IMG/VR virus record: IMGVR_UViG_3300018071_000003
Span: 1-50,944 of that record
Length of the DNA: 50,944 bases
Strand: one strand, 5' to 3'
From: a virus
Taxonomy: Duplodnaviria; Caudoviricetes
Of this stretch, positions 28,884 through 36,487 are shown in pieces. The stretch's first letter is position 1. The number at the start of each line of letters is the position of its first letter. The notes beneath the pieces are model-generated. The model made no database searches. It saw only the letters and a program-made list of their open reading frames with translations, and was not told where the DNA came from. The position numbers and the translations under genes are program-made.

Positions 28884-29366
28884 ATGACTCATACTGAAAG
28901 ACAACAAGTAATACAGAAGTTAATTACAAAAGGATGTACAATGAAAGAAATTGGTAGAGCTATTGGTGGTGTATCAAGACAACGTGTGTATCAATTACTT
29001 ACAAAATATAATATACCAATACTAAATCGGAAAAACCATGGATTTTGGAAACAACAACCTATTCAAGCCAAATGGCTTTGGAAAATTATATGTAGTAAAA
29101 AATTAGAGAAACATATTAAATGGGAACTCTTTCAATATTTAAGTTCTAAATTTCCAACACATTGTCCAATTTTTAATTTAGAATTAGATTATTCTAATGG
29201 TACCAAAACTCGCAGAGATAATAGTCCCTCTATAGACCGAATAGATTCATTTAAACCTTATAGTGTAACTAATGTTCATATTATTAGTTGGAGAGCTAAT
29301 AGAATCAAAAATGATGGAACATCCGAAGAACATAGACGCATTGCTGACTACCTCTTGTCACAATAA
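28884..29366 (+). CDS. HTH + HNH-like endonuclease
   Basis: N-terminal HTH (MKEIG...VSRQRVYQLL); C-terminal CPIF...PSIDRID...Y...NVHIISWRANRIK; AAAGGAG SD before ATG 28884. Confidence 0.75.
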   Translation: MTHTERQQVIQKLITKGCTMKEIGRAIGGVSRQRVYQLLTKYNIPILNRKNHGFWKQQPIQAKWLWKIICSKKLEKHIKWELFQYLSSKFPTHCPIFNLELDYSNGTKTRRDNSPSIDRIDSFKPYSVTNVHIISWRANRIKNDGTSEEHRRIADYLLSQ

Positions 29367-29368
29367 AT

Positions 29369-29397
29369 TTGACAACTATAATAAAAAGGAGTATAAT
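29369..29397 (+). promoter_or_regulatory. Sigma70 consensus promoter with no clear downstream gene
   Basis: TTGACA-17 nt-TATAAT. Confidence 0.7.
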
Positions 29398-29553
29398 GTA
29401 GTTATAACAGGGCAAAGATATATAACAAAGAACAAAGATATAATATATAATATAGTTGTAGTTGTTTTATGTTTATACCGTCTTAAGATGGTGGCAAACG
29501 GCCCACCCCAAACCCCTTCTCGTAACCCCTCCATTAGACGCTTTCATTAATCC

Positions 29554-29586
29554 TGTGCGAGCTGCGGTTGCTTCCTAGCGAGCACA
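29554..29586. other. Hairpin with tandem G.A mismatch (copy 1)
   Basis: TGTGC-GA-GCT...AGC-GA-GCACA. Confidence 0.5.
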
Positions 29587-29775
29587 AAAGTTCCGTTCAG
29601 TTCAATATAATGTATATATTAAATAAATTAATATTATAAGAGATACTCCCCTAAGTTTAAAAATAGCTCAAACTATTGTTTACATGTATGAACCAAATTC
29701 CCATGGGGCCAATTTTCCCCCCATCCCCCCTTGAGAAAGGGAAAAAGAAAATCTGCCCTCTGGGCAATTACCTAG

Positions 29776-29792
29776 ATGAGAATGATTCTCAT
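29776..29792. promoter_or_regulatory. Fur-box-like palindrome
   Basis: ATGAGAAT-G-ATTCTCAT; perfect inverted repeat, 13/15 match to the 7-1-7 Fur core TGATAATNATTATCA. Confidence 0.55.
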
Positions 29793-29890
29793 TACCTCGA
29801 CGAAGATCATGCTGCGGTATTCACACTCCATCCATTCAATACCTTACAACTATGTCAGGCTACCAGAATGCCCTTGTAACAGAGCGCCTG

Positions 29891-29904
29891 GTCATACGTA
29901 TGAC
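29891..29904. promoter_or_regulatory. Palindromic operator-like motif, copy 1
   Basis: GTCATACGTATGAC; related copies at 30998 and 31124. Confidence 0.55.
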
Positions 29905-29945
29905 AAGGTCACAGCCTACGACAACTTCATCCCAGGCCAAACCCA

Positions 29946-30006
29946 TTCCTGAAAAGGGAAGATGAACAGAAACACACGCTCTCTATTGAACTTTCCTGAA
30001 AAGGGA
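29946..30006 (+). repeat. 14-bp direct repeat TTCCTGAAAAGGGA (29946-29959, 29993-30006)
   Basis: Exact duplication; each copy is also a quasi-palindrome. Confidence 0.65.
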
Positions 30007-30013
30007 GTATCAT
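29986..30013 (+). promoter_or_regulatory. Probable early sigma70-type promoter
   Basis: TTGAAC-16 nt-TATCAT upstream of the first early gene. Confidence 0.45.
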
Positions 30014-30223
30014 ACGGGTAGTGGGTAGATAAGCAGGTTCACGGGCAAGGCTGGCGCGGGATACGTAGCTACTCTCGCGGGAAGTCCCCAGCGATGCCCC
30101 TACTCCGAAGCAAGCCTTGGCCCATGCGCATCCGCACGCAGGCACGCTACCATCTGCCTCTGCTCCCATCCTCGCGCTATCCCGGTCAACCAAGGTCAAC
30201 CCTCACAATCAAAGGTGAACACA

Positions 30224-30913
30224 ATGGCGAAAGCCAACAGGAAACAGAAAGCGCAGGAACAGCCCGAGGTGAACGTGCTTCAGGCTGCGCTACAGCAGGC
30301 CCTAGACGCTCCAGCTACGGTCAAGGCTGCCCCAGTAGTCAACATGCAGCCTCAGCCCGATCTGCAAGCCGTGAACGTGTTCGTAGTGGTTGGCGGAACG
30401 TCGTCCAAGCCTGTTCTCACGGACGCGAAAGTTCATCCCGCCATCACGGCGGAGCAGCTCAAGAAGTACGGCGCAAGCCGCAAAGATGTGACGCAAGGTC
30501 TTTCCCTGAACTTGATGGCTGGTACGAAGTTGGAGTCCTCCATCCTGAACAGGGATAACGACCTCTGGGCGGAGCGTAGTCTGCGGACGGACAAGGCCGC
30601 GTTCTTTCACTTGACCGAATCCGAAGGCGGGAGCAAGATGTTCTGCACCGCGTGGGCACTCGACATCGCCGAACGCAAGCGCTACGACGCGCCGACTCTC
30701 CAGACTCTCTGGCGCGCAGTAAGGCGCTACAAGGTCGCAGGCGGAGAGATGGAAGCCCGTCTCAGCCCGATGGAGAAGTTCGCCCGTGCGCTGCTTGAAG
30801 TGATCGACAATCCCGACATGCAGTCGGGCGCGAAAATCGCTTCTCTCAGACAGAGCGTGTTTGCGAAAGCGAATATCGAAGGGGTTGTCATCCCCATCGC
30901 CAAGCAGGCGTGA
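30224..30913 (+). CDS. First early protein, GC-rich, function unknown
   Basis: ATG at 30224 after AAAGGTG; strong G/C third-position bias; followed by a terminator. Confidence 0.8.
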   Translation: MAKANRKQKAQEQPEVNVLQAALQQALDAPATVKAAPVVNMQPQPDLQAVNVFVVVGGTSSKPVLTDAKVHPAITAEQLKKYGASRKDVTQGLSLNLMAGTKLESSILNRDNDLWAERSLRTDKAAFFHLTESEGGSKMFCTAWALDIAERKRYDAPTLQTLWRAVRRYKVAGGEMEARLSPMEKFARALLEVIDNPDMQSGAKIASLRQSVFAKANIEGVVIPIAKQA

Positions 30914-30920
30914 CCCTTCA

Positions 30921-30951
30921 AAGCCTACCCTAACCCGGTAGGCTTTTTTTT
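30921..30951 (+). terminator. Rho-independent terminator
   Basis: GCCTACC / GGTAGGC stem followed by T8. Confidence 0.85.
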
Positions 30952-30997
30952 GTCCTCAAAACCCCTATTCCCAATAGGGGCATAAAACTACTCATCA

Positions 30998-31013
30998 TGT
31001 CATAAGTATGACA
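30998..31013. promoter_or_regulatory. Palindromic operator-like motif, copy 2
   Basis: TGTCATA-AG-TATGACA. Confidence 0.55.
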
Positions 31014-31028
31014 AAAATCATCAATCCC

Positions 31029-31041
31029 TAACTCATTGATA
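31029..31041 (-). promoter_or_regulatory. IHF consensus site
   Basis: Minus strand TATCAATGAGTTA matches WATCAANNNNTTR; abuts the -35 element. Confidence 0.5.
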
Positions 31042-31044
31042 CTA

Positions 31045-31073
31045 TTGACTTTCTTCCAAAAGTGTGCTATAAT
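31045..31073 (+). promoter_or_regulatory. Strong early sigma70 promoter
   Basis: TTGACT-17 nt-TATAAT with extended -10 TG. Confidence 0.8.
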
Positions 31074-31123
31074 GGGGGACATAATAGGATGATATTGTCT
31101 TATTGTGGCCGAATTGTCATTGT

Positions 31124-31138
31124 GGCATAAGTATGACA
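31124..31138. promoter_or_regulatory. Palindromic operator-like motif, copy 3
   Basis: GGCATAAGTATGACA (one change from copy 2). Confidence 0.5.
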
Positions 31139-31144
31139 AATTTC

Positions 31145-31596
31145 GGGTGCTCTCTAAAAACTCGGGTCTATTCCAGGTTAAACTAGGGATAGACAACAAA
31201 GCCCTTACGCGCAATCCGTAAGGCGTCAAGTAGGACGGCTAATAGTCGGCCCCAAGCCGATGTATAGGCCAGCTATACTTGTCGTGATCCGGTGCTGGAA
31301 ATCCTCCCCACATCGCCAAAACCTAGGTGTAATTCCCTAACAATCGAAAGAATTGGAATTAGGGTTATAATTCCTAGGCAATAGCCGACAAGCTACGTAG
31401 CAGCCTCCCCCTCGCCCGATTACCGGCCCACGTACCTTGACTAAGTCTAAACAGGCAATCCCGCCAACGATAGATAACGGGATAACGGGCCTCCAAAACC
31501 CAATTGCGAATGTCTTGTTTAAGACCCATCCCGCTAACACCCACACAGGACTGGAAACAATCCAGCGCGGAATCCGTCTATTCGGAAAAGCACCTA
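31145..31596 (+). ncRNA. Candidate large structured ncRNA / structured leader (~450 nt)
   Basis: More than 10 nested helices including long-range closing pairs; no credible ORF; downstream of a consensus promoter. Confidence 0.6.
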
Positions 31597-31615
31597 GGCA
31601 AATGAAAGGAAAATT

Positions 31616-31705
31616 ATGAGCACAATCGGTTTTATCTATTATCGTAAGCGTGGCTGGTCGAGAGCAAAGATTCATCCTGTCTGCCGCGGTATCTGGCAAC
31701 GGTAG
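31616..31705 (+). CDS. Small basic early peptide (29 aa, not in ORF track)
   Basis: GAAAGGA SD; MSTIGFIYYRKRGWSRAKIHPVCRGIWQR. Confidence 0.45.
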   Translation: MSTIGFIYYRKRGWSRAKIHPVCRGIWQR

Positions 31706-31789
31706 TTCCCAAGCTTGGGTGCTTCTCCGAGTAGACCAAAAGGAGCTCAATTTGGAGCGACACTTGTTTACTCGTTTTAAGGAGGTTTT

Positions 31790-31987
31790 ATGCATCCAGA
31801 AATTGAAGCAATGTTAGATGATTTGCAGGCTTTATGCGCAAGGCATAACCTGCATTGGGCGCACATGGTAGATCCTGACACAGGTAAGACCGGCGTACTC
31901 CTCGCCCACGCCAAGTCTGTCCCTTCCATGAAATATATGGAATTGTTGGGCCTCATTGATCCAATTGCTCCACAGGAACTTCAATGA
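31790..31987 (+). CDS. Early hypothetical protein
   Basis: Perfect TAAGGAGGT SD. Confidence 0.7.
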   Translation: MHPEIEAMLDDLQALCARHNLHWAHMVDPDTGKTGVLLAHAKSVPSMKYMELLGLIDPIAPQELQ

Positions 31988-32271
31988 ATAACTCCAACGG
32001 AATTGAAGTTGGTGATTTAGTTGTAGTTTATAAGTTGCCTTCGTGTAAATGTCCACAGTCTCTTGGTCTCTTTGGCCAGGTACTTGCCTTACGACATGTA
32101 GGAAAAGCCTCCTGTGCTCATTGTGGTGCCGAGCGAGAACCGGCTTTAGTGGCGTTTGGAATAACCGAGGATGGTTGTGGAATTGAGGCATATCGCCTCA
32201 AAAAAATCCCTCCCATCGAAGTTCTTGATGAACTCATTTTAGAAGAGGAGTTTTACGACGAAAATGTATAA
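31984..32271 (+). CDS. Early hypothetical protein, SH3-like with Cys pairs
   Basis: IEVGDLVVV, CxC and CxxC, LKKIPP; ATGA coupling. Confidence 0.65.
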   Translation: MNNSNGIEVGDLVVVYKLPSCKCPQSLGLFGQVLALRHVGKASCAHCGAEREPALVAFGITEDGCGIEAYRLKKIPPIEVLDELILEEEFYDENV

Positions 32272-32458
32272 ACTTGAAGTAGTGCCACATCAAAGTGGTT
32301 CATTTAGATATAGTGTGTGTTATTGCCCTAACGATAACTTGGAAATTGAGGTTTCAAGTGGATTTCGTTCTTCTGAAGCACAGGCGCACCGTGACGGTGC
32401 TGAGGAATTGAAGTTTGCTAAATTGTTCAATTTAGGAAAAGAATACTCCCGTGAATAA
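32264..32458 (+). CDS. Early hypothetical protein
   Basis: GAGGAG upstream; overlap coupling. Confidence 0.6.
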   Translation: MYKLEVVPHQSGSFRYSVCYCPNDNLEIEVSSGFRSSEAQAHRDGAEELKFAKLFNLGKEYSRE

Positions 32459-32852
32459 AACATTCGCCAAGCAAGCCCATCTGTTCGCTCATCGTAAGGC
32501 AGGAGCGCAGCACAGATTCGAGAAGCTATATGTCGAGTTGAAAGCACAGGTTGAAATGGCTTGGACTTCGGATTTGATGAAGCTTGAGGCAGAATTCAAA
32601 CTTACCTCGAAATCCAATCAGGCTTTGGCTTTCACCAAGACCAATCGTATCCGCGAAATGGCGGAGAAAACTGCTCGTGAAGTTATGCGGACAGTGTTCA
32701 ACGAGTGGCGTCAAGAAATTAACCGCATTGTTTCAGACCTAGGCGGTTATCCCCAAGAGGATGGCAACATTCTCTTTCCAGATGCATCCATTGCCAAGAT
32801 GCCTAAAGGTTTGTGGATTGCACCAGAAAATCTTCTTAAATTAGCAGCATGA
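32451..32852 (+). CDS. Early hypothetical helical protein
   Basis: 133-aa ORF, coupled. Confidence 0.65.
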   Translation: MNKTFAKQAHLFAHRKAGAQHRFEKLYVELKAQVEMAWTSDLMKLEAEFKLTSKSNQALAFTKTNRIREMAEKTAREVMRTVFNEWRQEINRIVSDLGGYPQEDGNILFPDASIAKMPKGLWIAPENLLKLAA

Positions 32853-33001
32853 TTTCCGTTTTAAGTTTTGTTATGTATTTTATTGCAGGTGTCCTTATTG
32901 GTTTTATCGCTCCATCAGCATTTGGAAGCGAAGGATGGAAATTTTGGTGTGGAATATTAGCATGTGTATTAGTGCTGTTTGCTAAGAAGTTGGCAGCATG
33001 A
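32849..33001 (+). CDS. Small two-helix membrane protein (50 aa, not in ORF track)
   Basis: MISVLSFVMYFIAGVLIGFIAPSAFGSEGWKFWCGILACVLVLFAKKLAA; ATGA coupling at both ends. Confidence 0.65.
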   Translation: MISVLSFVMYFIAGVLIGFIAPSAFGSEGWKFWCGILACVLVLFAKKLAA

Positions 33002-33171
33002 AGTGTGTGGCTTGTGGTACATTAATGTTAAATGATTTTTGGTGTTCTGAATGTGGTTATGATCAAGGAATTACAGTAAAATTAGAGCCTAGAAATCAAC
33101 AATGTAATTATCCTGAATGTGAATGTAATTCTGCTTGTTTAGGCTTGTTGGATGATTCAAAAGGTGGGTAA
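32998..33171 (+). CDS. Small Cys-rich zinc-binding protein (57 aa, not in ORF track)
   Basis: MKCVACG...WCSECG...CNYPECECNSAC. Confidence 0.6.
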   Translation: MKCVACGTLMLNDFWCSECGYDQGITVKLEPRNQQCNYPECECNSACLGLLDDSKGG

Positions 33172-33194
33172 AAAAGCCACTTGTCCGATTAAAA

Positions 33195-33557
33195 ATGTCT
33201 TACTCTGTCTTGAAGGGTAAAGTAACACCATCTGACGTTGCTCCTCCAGAAGAAAAACCAGAAGCGGAGCCTTCTAGCGGAAAATGTCCTCACGGCTATT
33301 ACCTCCAAACTGCCTGTTGGCATTGCCAACCCCAACTTGATACACTACTTTATGCTGATATTCCGGCGTACTCAGCCTTGAAAGTTGGCGATGTAGTATG
33401 TCGTCGTATTAGACCTGATGAACGTGGTGTTGTGTCATCCATTGTTTATAAATGGACAGATTCAGTTCATATGAAAGATATTTGGGTAGATTTTTGTAAT
33501 AGAGGAAGATCAACACCTTACACGCCCGATGAACTACTGAAGGTAAAAGTACAATGA
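33195..33557 (+). CDS. Early hypothetical protein (CPHG/CWHC plus SH3-like domain)
   Basis: LKVGDVV...GVV...Y..DEL. Confidence 0.6.
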   Translation: MSYSVLKGKVTPSDVAPPEEKPEAEPSSGKCPHGYYLQTACWHCQPQLDTLLYADIPAYSALKVGDVVCRRIRPDERGVVSSIVYKWTDSVHMKDIWVDFCNRGRSTPYTPDELLKVKVQ

Positions 33558-33754
33558 TGCAGCATAATACACACGTCGTAATTAAGACATTGCCAGATTC
33601 TGTTATGGATGTGTTCTGGGGCATAGGATGGGACAATTGGAGTAGATGTCGTCTTATCTCAAGTCCGAAGCCAGACTTTGTGCATATGGCTGGTATTAAG
33701 CTACCATTTTACGTTCGCATTGCACTTGCTCGTTATCTGAGGTTAGATAAATGA
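33554..33754 (+). CDS. Early hypothetical protein
   Basis: DVFWG.GWDNWSR motif; coupled. Confidence 0.6.
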   Translation: MMQHNTHVVIKTLPDSVMDVFWGIGWDNWSRCRLISSPKPDFVHMAGIKLPFYVRIALARYLRLDK

Positions 33755-33993
33755 AACCCTCTTGTTTAAACTTAGATGCTAAACAAACAAACGTTTTGAA
33801 AAAGTTTGTTAAATCTTTGAATAAACATAAATTAGCAGAATTATATGAAGAAACTTGTTCGATGGATGGACCAGTATTCCATTGTTATTCATCAGGACTG
33901 GGTGATGTTATATATGTAGAAATCTTAGGAAGGATTTGTCATTTAGAATATGATGATGATGGTAGAATAATCGGTGAAGTAAACTATGCGTAA
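33751..33993 (+). CDS. Early hypothetical protein
   Basis: Coupled ORF. Confidence 0.55.
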   Translation: MKPSCLNLDAKQTNVLKKFVKSLNKHKLAELYEETCSMDGPVFHCYSSGLGDVIYVEILGRICHLEYDDDGRIIGEVNYA

Positions 33994-34330
33994 ACTATAT
34001 TTAGTTTTAGAAACAACTAAGCTTGCTGTTCCTCCTGTGCCACATCCTCGCGCACCAAGAGCCCCGGAGGAGCAGGCTATTCGTCCACGCGCTGCTGATC
34101 GTCAAAGGCAGCCTGAGCCTGATGACGAACGATTTGAAATACATCAAAATGTTGACATAATCGTTTGCTATTCGATGCCTGAAGCTGAAGAATACATTGA
34201 TCAGCAACTTGAGCGACAGCCTCAATATAAGTTTATAATTTTTGAATCAATTGCTTTCCTTGAGACTGTTGCCTCTCCCACAATTCGTAAACTTTGGGAT
34301 GCCAACGGCCAACTAGTGGAGACAAGATAA
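33986..34330 (+). CDS. Early hypothetical protein
   Basis: Coupled ORF, Pro-rich linker. Confidence 0.55.
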   Translation: MRKLYLVLETTKLAVPPVPHPRAPRAPEEQAIRPRAADRQRQPEPDDERFEIHQNVDIIVCYSMPEAEEYIDQQLERQPQYKFIIFESIAFLETVASPTIRKLWDANGQLVETR

Positions 34331-35065
34331 TTGGGACATGATTTTTGTCGTGCGCATTATCGAATTAAACATGAACAAGAAGACTCATGGCTTCAACCTC
34401 ATACCCAGTCTTGTTATTCTGAAGTTCGTGTCAATTATAATGCTGTTGCAATTCGGGTTAAATATATTCCAACTTTTAAGGGGACACCGGGGACACGTGG
34501 TAGTATATATCCGTGCCAGTTAACTCCTGCTAAAGCCGAAAGATTTATTAGTGATGTCTTGGAAATTTGTCCGGGAGTAGCAACTCGCGTAGATGAATAT
34601 GTGTTTGAATTTCCTCTCGGCACTTGGCCAAACTATTGGAAGTTTCTTGGGGTTGCTTCCCTTTTACGTTATATTGAAGAGTGGTGGATGTGGGTTGATC
34701 ATTATTTTGAAATGGTTGACAGCGGAATTCCAAAAGATGTTGCTGCAATTTGTATGGGACTTTATGATAAAGACAGTGTGGTGCTTTATTGTGGACACGC
34801 ATTTAATGGAACCTTGTCTGATTTAGCAAGTTTGAAAGATTTTAATTTAAAAGATGTATTCTTAAAATCTTGTGAAACTGCAACATCGCACTCAACTATA
34901 TGGCACCTGTTAAACCAACGTCCTTGGTTTACTGTTGGTGAGTACAATTTCGCCGACTGGTTCAAAATGACACCACAAATATATAAAATCTTTGTGAATG
35001 ACTCTTCGATTAAAGAAAAACAACAAGCACTTGGTATGCTTCATGTATACAAGGCACTTTTATGA
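34331..35065 (+). CDS. Hypothetical protein heading the ligase cluster
   Basis: 244-aa ORF coupled to the glutamine amidotransferase gene. Confidence 0.6.
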   Translation: MGHDFCRAHYRIKHEQEDSWLQPHTQSCYSEVRVNYNAVAIRVKYIPTFKGTPGTRGSIYPCQLTPAKAERFISDVLEICPGVATRVDEYVFEFPLGTWPNYWKFLGVASLLRYIEEWWMWVDHYFEMVDSGIPKDVAAICMGLYDKDSVVLYCGHAFNGTLSDLASLKDFNLKDVFLKSCETATSHSTIWHLLNQRPWFTVGEYNFADWFKMTPQIYKIFVNDSSIKEKQQALGMLHVYKALL

Positions 35066-35742
35066 AACTAGTCAGTGCAATTTATAAAGACTGGTATCCA
35101 TTTGATAAGATGTTTCAACAACTAAAAGTTGGATTCCATCCCATCCAACTTGACGGAGCTTCGGCGTTGTTGTTGTGGGGTGGCGAAGACATTAGCCCAT
35201 CTATTTATAGACAGAAGTGTCCGAAAATTGTTTATTCCGGTCCAGACGAGCCATCTGTTCGTGACTTAATAGAAATTGCTTTAGCCAAAGAAGCGATCCG
35301 TCTCGGCATTCCAATCATTGCAATTTGTCGAGGCGCACAACTCATGTGTGCATTATCGGGCGGAAGTTTATTCCAGCATGTGACACATCATGACGGTCCA
35401 TCTCATGTCTGTCAAACCGATGAAGGAGGAGAAATTGTGTCTAATTCAGTGCATCATCAGATGATGAATGTGGAGAAAACAAACTATCATCGAATCGCGT
35501 GGATTGAGCCTGGCATCAGTAGCGTGTACATAAATGGGGATGGGCCTATTGAGGATCATCCTAAGTTTGAACCTGAAATTGTCTATTTTCCCGAGACAAA
35601 AGCCCTTTGTATTCAAGGGCATCCAGAGTATATGGAAGAAAAGAATCCATTCGTGAAATATTGCTTAGAACTAGTTGATAAATATGTTCTGTCGAACGTA
35701 GTCTTAAACAAGACAGATGAAAATGAACACCATCGGAGCTGA
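35062..35742 (+). CDS. Class I glutamine amidotransferase / peptidase C26-like
   Basis: GGEDI.P, ICRGAQ nucleophile elbow, NSVHHQ, QGHPE catalytic His-Glu. Confidence 0.9.
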   Translation: MKLVSAIYKDWYPFDKMFQQLKVGFHPIQLDGASALLLWGGEDISPSIYRQKCPKIVYSGPDEPSVRDLIEIALAKEAIRLGIPIIAICRGAQLMCALSGGSLFQHVTHHDGPSHVCQTDEGGEIVSNSVHHQMMNVEKTNYHRIAWIEPGISSVYINGDGPIEDHPKFEPEIVYFPETKALCIQGHPEYMEEKNPFVKYCLELVDKYVLSNVVLNKTDENEHHRS

Positions 35743-36487
35743 TCCCGAGCTGTTCTTGCAAGATAAGTCAGGTAAGTTTATATCGGCAGTTGGGAAATTC
35801 GGCGGCACAAAAGAACAACCACGCCCGCTGCTTAACATTCCCGGTTATATGGTGCAGGAAGATAATGTAGCGGTGGAGTTTAATATTCCACCTTGTGAAA
35901 TTGGAAACTCTCACAACTTTTCCCAGTCAATTGCAATTGCGATGAATGCACTTGAGCAAGAAGCACATGCGCTCAAGCTTAAGCTTGTTGTTGTAGCATC
36001 TGCTGAGTTCGAAGCTGATCAACTTGTAGCCCCACAAGCTAGGCGATTTGGGTGTGATCCTGATTTCAATGTGTGGTCGTTGAAGGTAAATCCTCCGCCT
36101 CGTGCAAAGAACAAAGCACTACGTTCTTGCGGCGGACATGTCCACTTTGGAGGAAGGTTTACAGATAAAATTGGTTTTGGTCGGGCGTGTGATTTATTTA
36201 TGGGATGCCCAAGTATTTTATTTGACCCAGATCAAAATAGACGACTCTTGTATGGTAAAGCTGGAGCAATTAGATACAAACCATACGGAATTGAGTATAG
36301 AACCCTATCCAATTTTTGGGTTAAATCAGAGGAATTGTCTGCTATGATTCACGATCAAGCAGTGAAGGTCTTTAATTTCAGGAAGGTAATTCCTGATGAG
36401 GATGGGCGTGCAATTATTAAGTGCATCAATGAAATGGATCAAAATTTACTACGAGAACTCACTGAAAAATATGGATTAATTTATTGA
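35717..36487 (+). CDS. phiEco32-type COOH-NH2 ligase (type 2)
   Basis: IGADPELF, QEDNVAVEFNI, FGCDPD, CGGHVH, RR.LYGKAG..R.KPYGIEYRTLSNFW. Confidence 0.9.
   Translation: MKMNTIGADPELFLQDKSGKFISAVGKFGGTKEQPRPLLNIPGYMVQEDNVAVEFNIPPCEIGNSHNFSQSIAIAMNALEQEAHALKLKLVVVASAEFEADQLVAPQARRFGCDPDFNVWSLKVNPPPRAKNKALRSCGGHVHFGGRFTDKIGFGRACDLFMGCPSILFDPDQNRRLLYGKAGAIRYKPYGIEYRTLSNFWVKSEELSAMIHDQAVKVFNFRKVIPDEDGRAIIKCINEMDQNLLRELTEKYGLIY

Noticed and set aside
29272-30199. ORFs 29272..29550, 29676..29879 and 29927..30199
   Set aside because: They run through promoters, AT tracts and operator-like DNA and lack start signals
31145-31596. tRNA, tmRNA or RNase P identity for the structured region
   Set aside because: No T-loop GTTCRA/CCA end, no tmRNA termini or tag frame, and no RNase P P4 consensus recognised
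30930-31795. ORF-track entries 30930..31229(-), 31337..31795(-) and 31437..31619(+)
   Set aside because: No SD or recognisable motifs; antisense to the early arm or overlapping the promoter, operators and structured RNA
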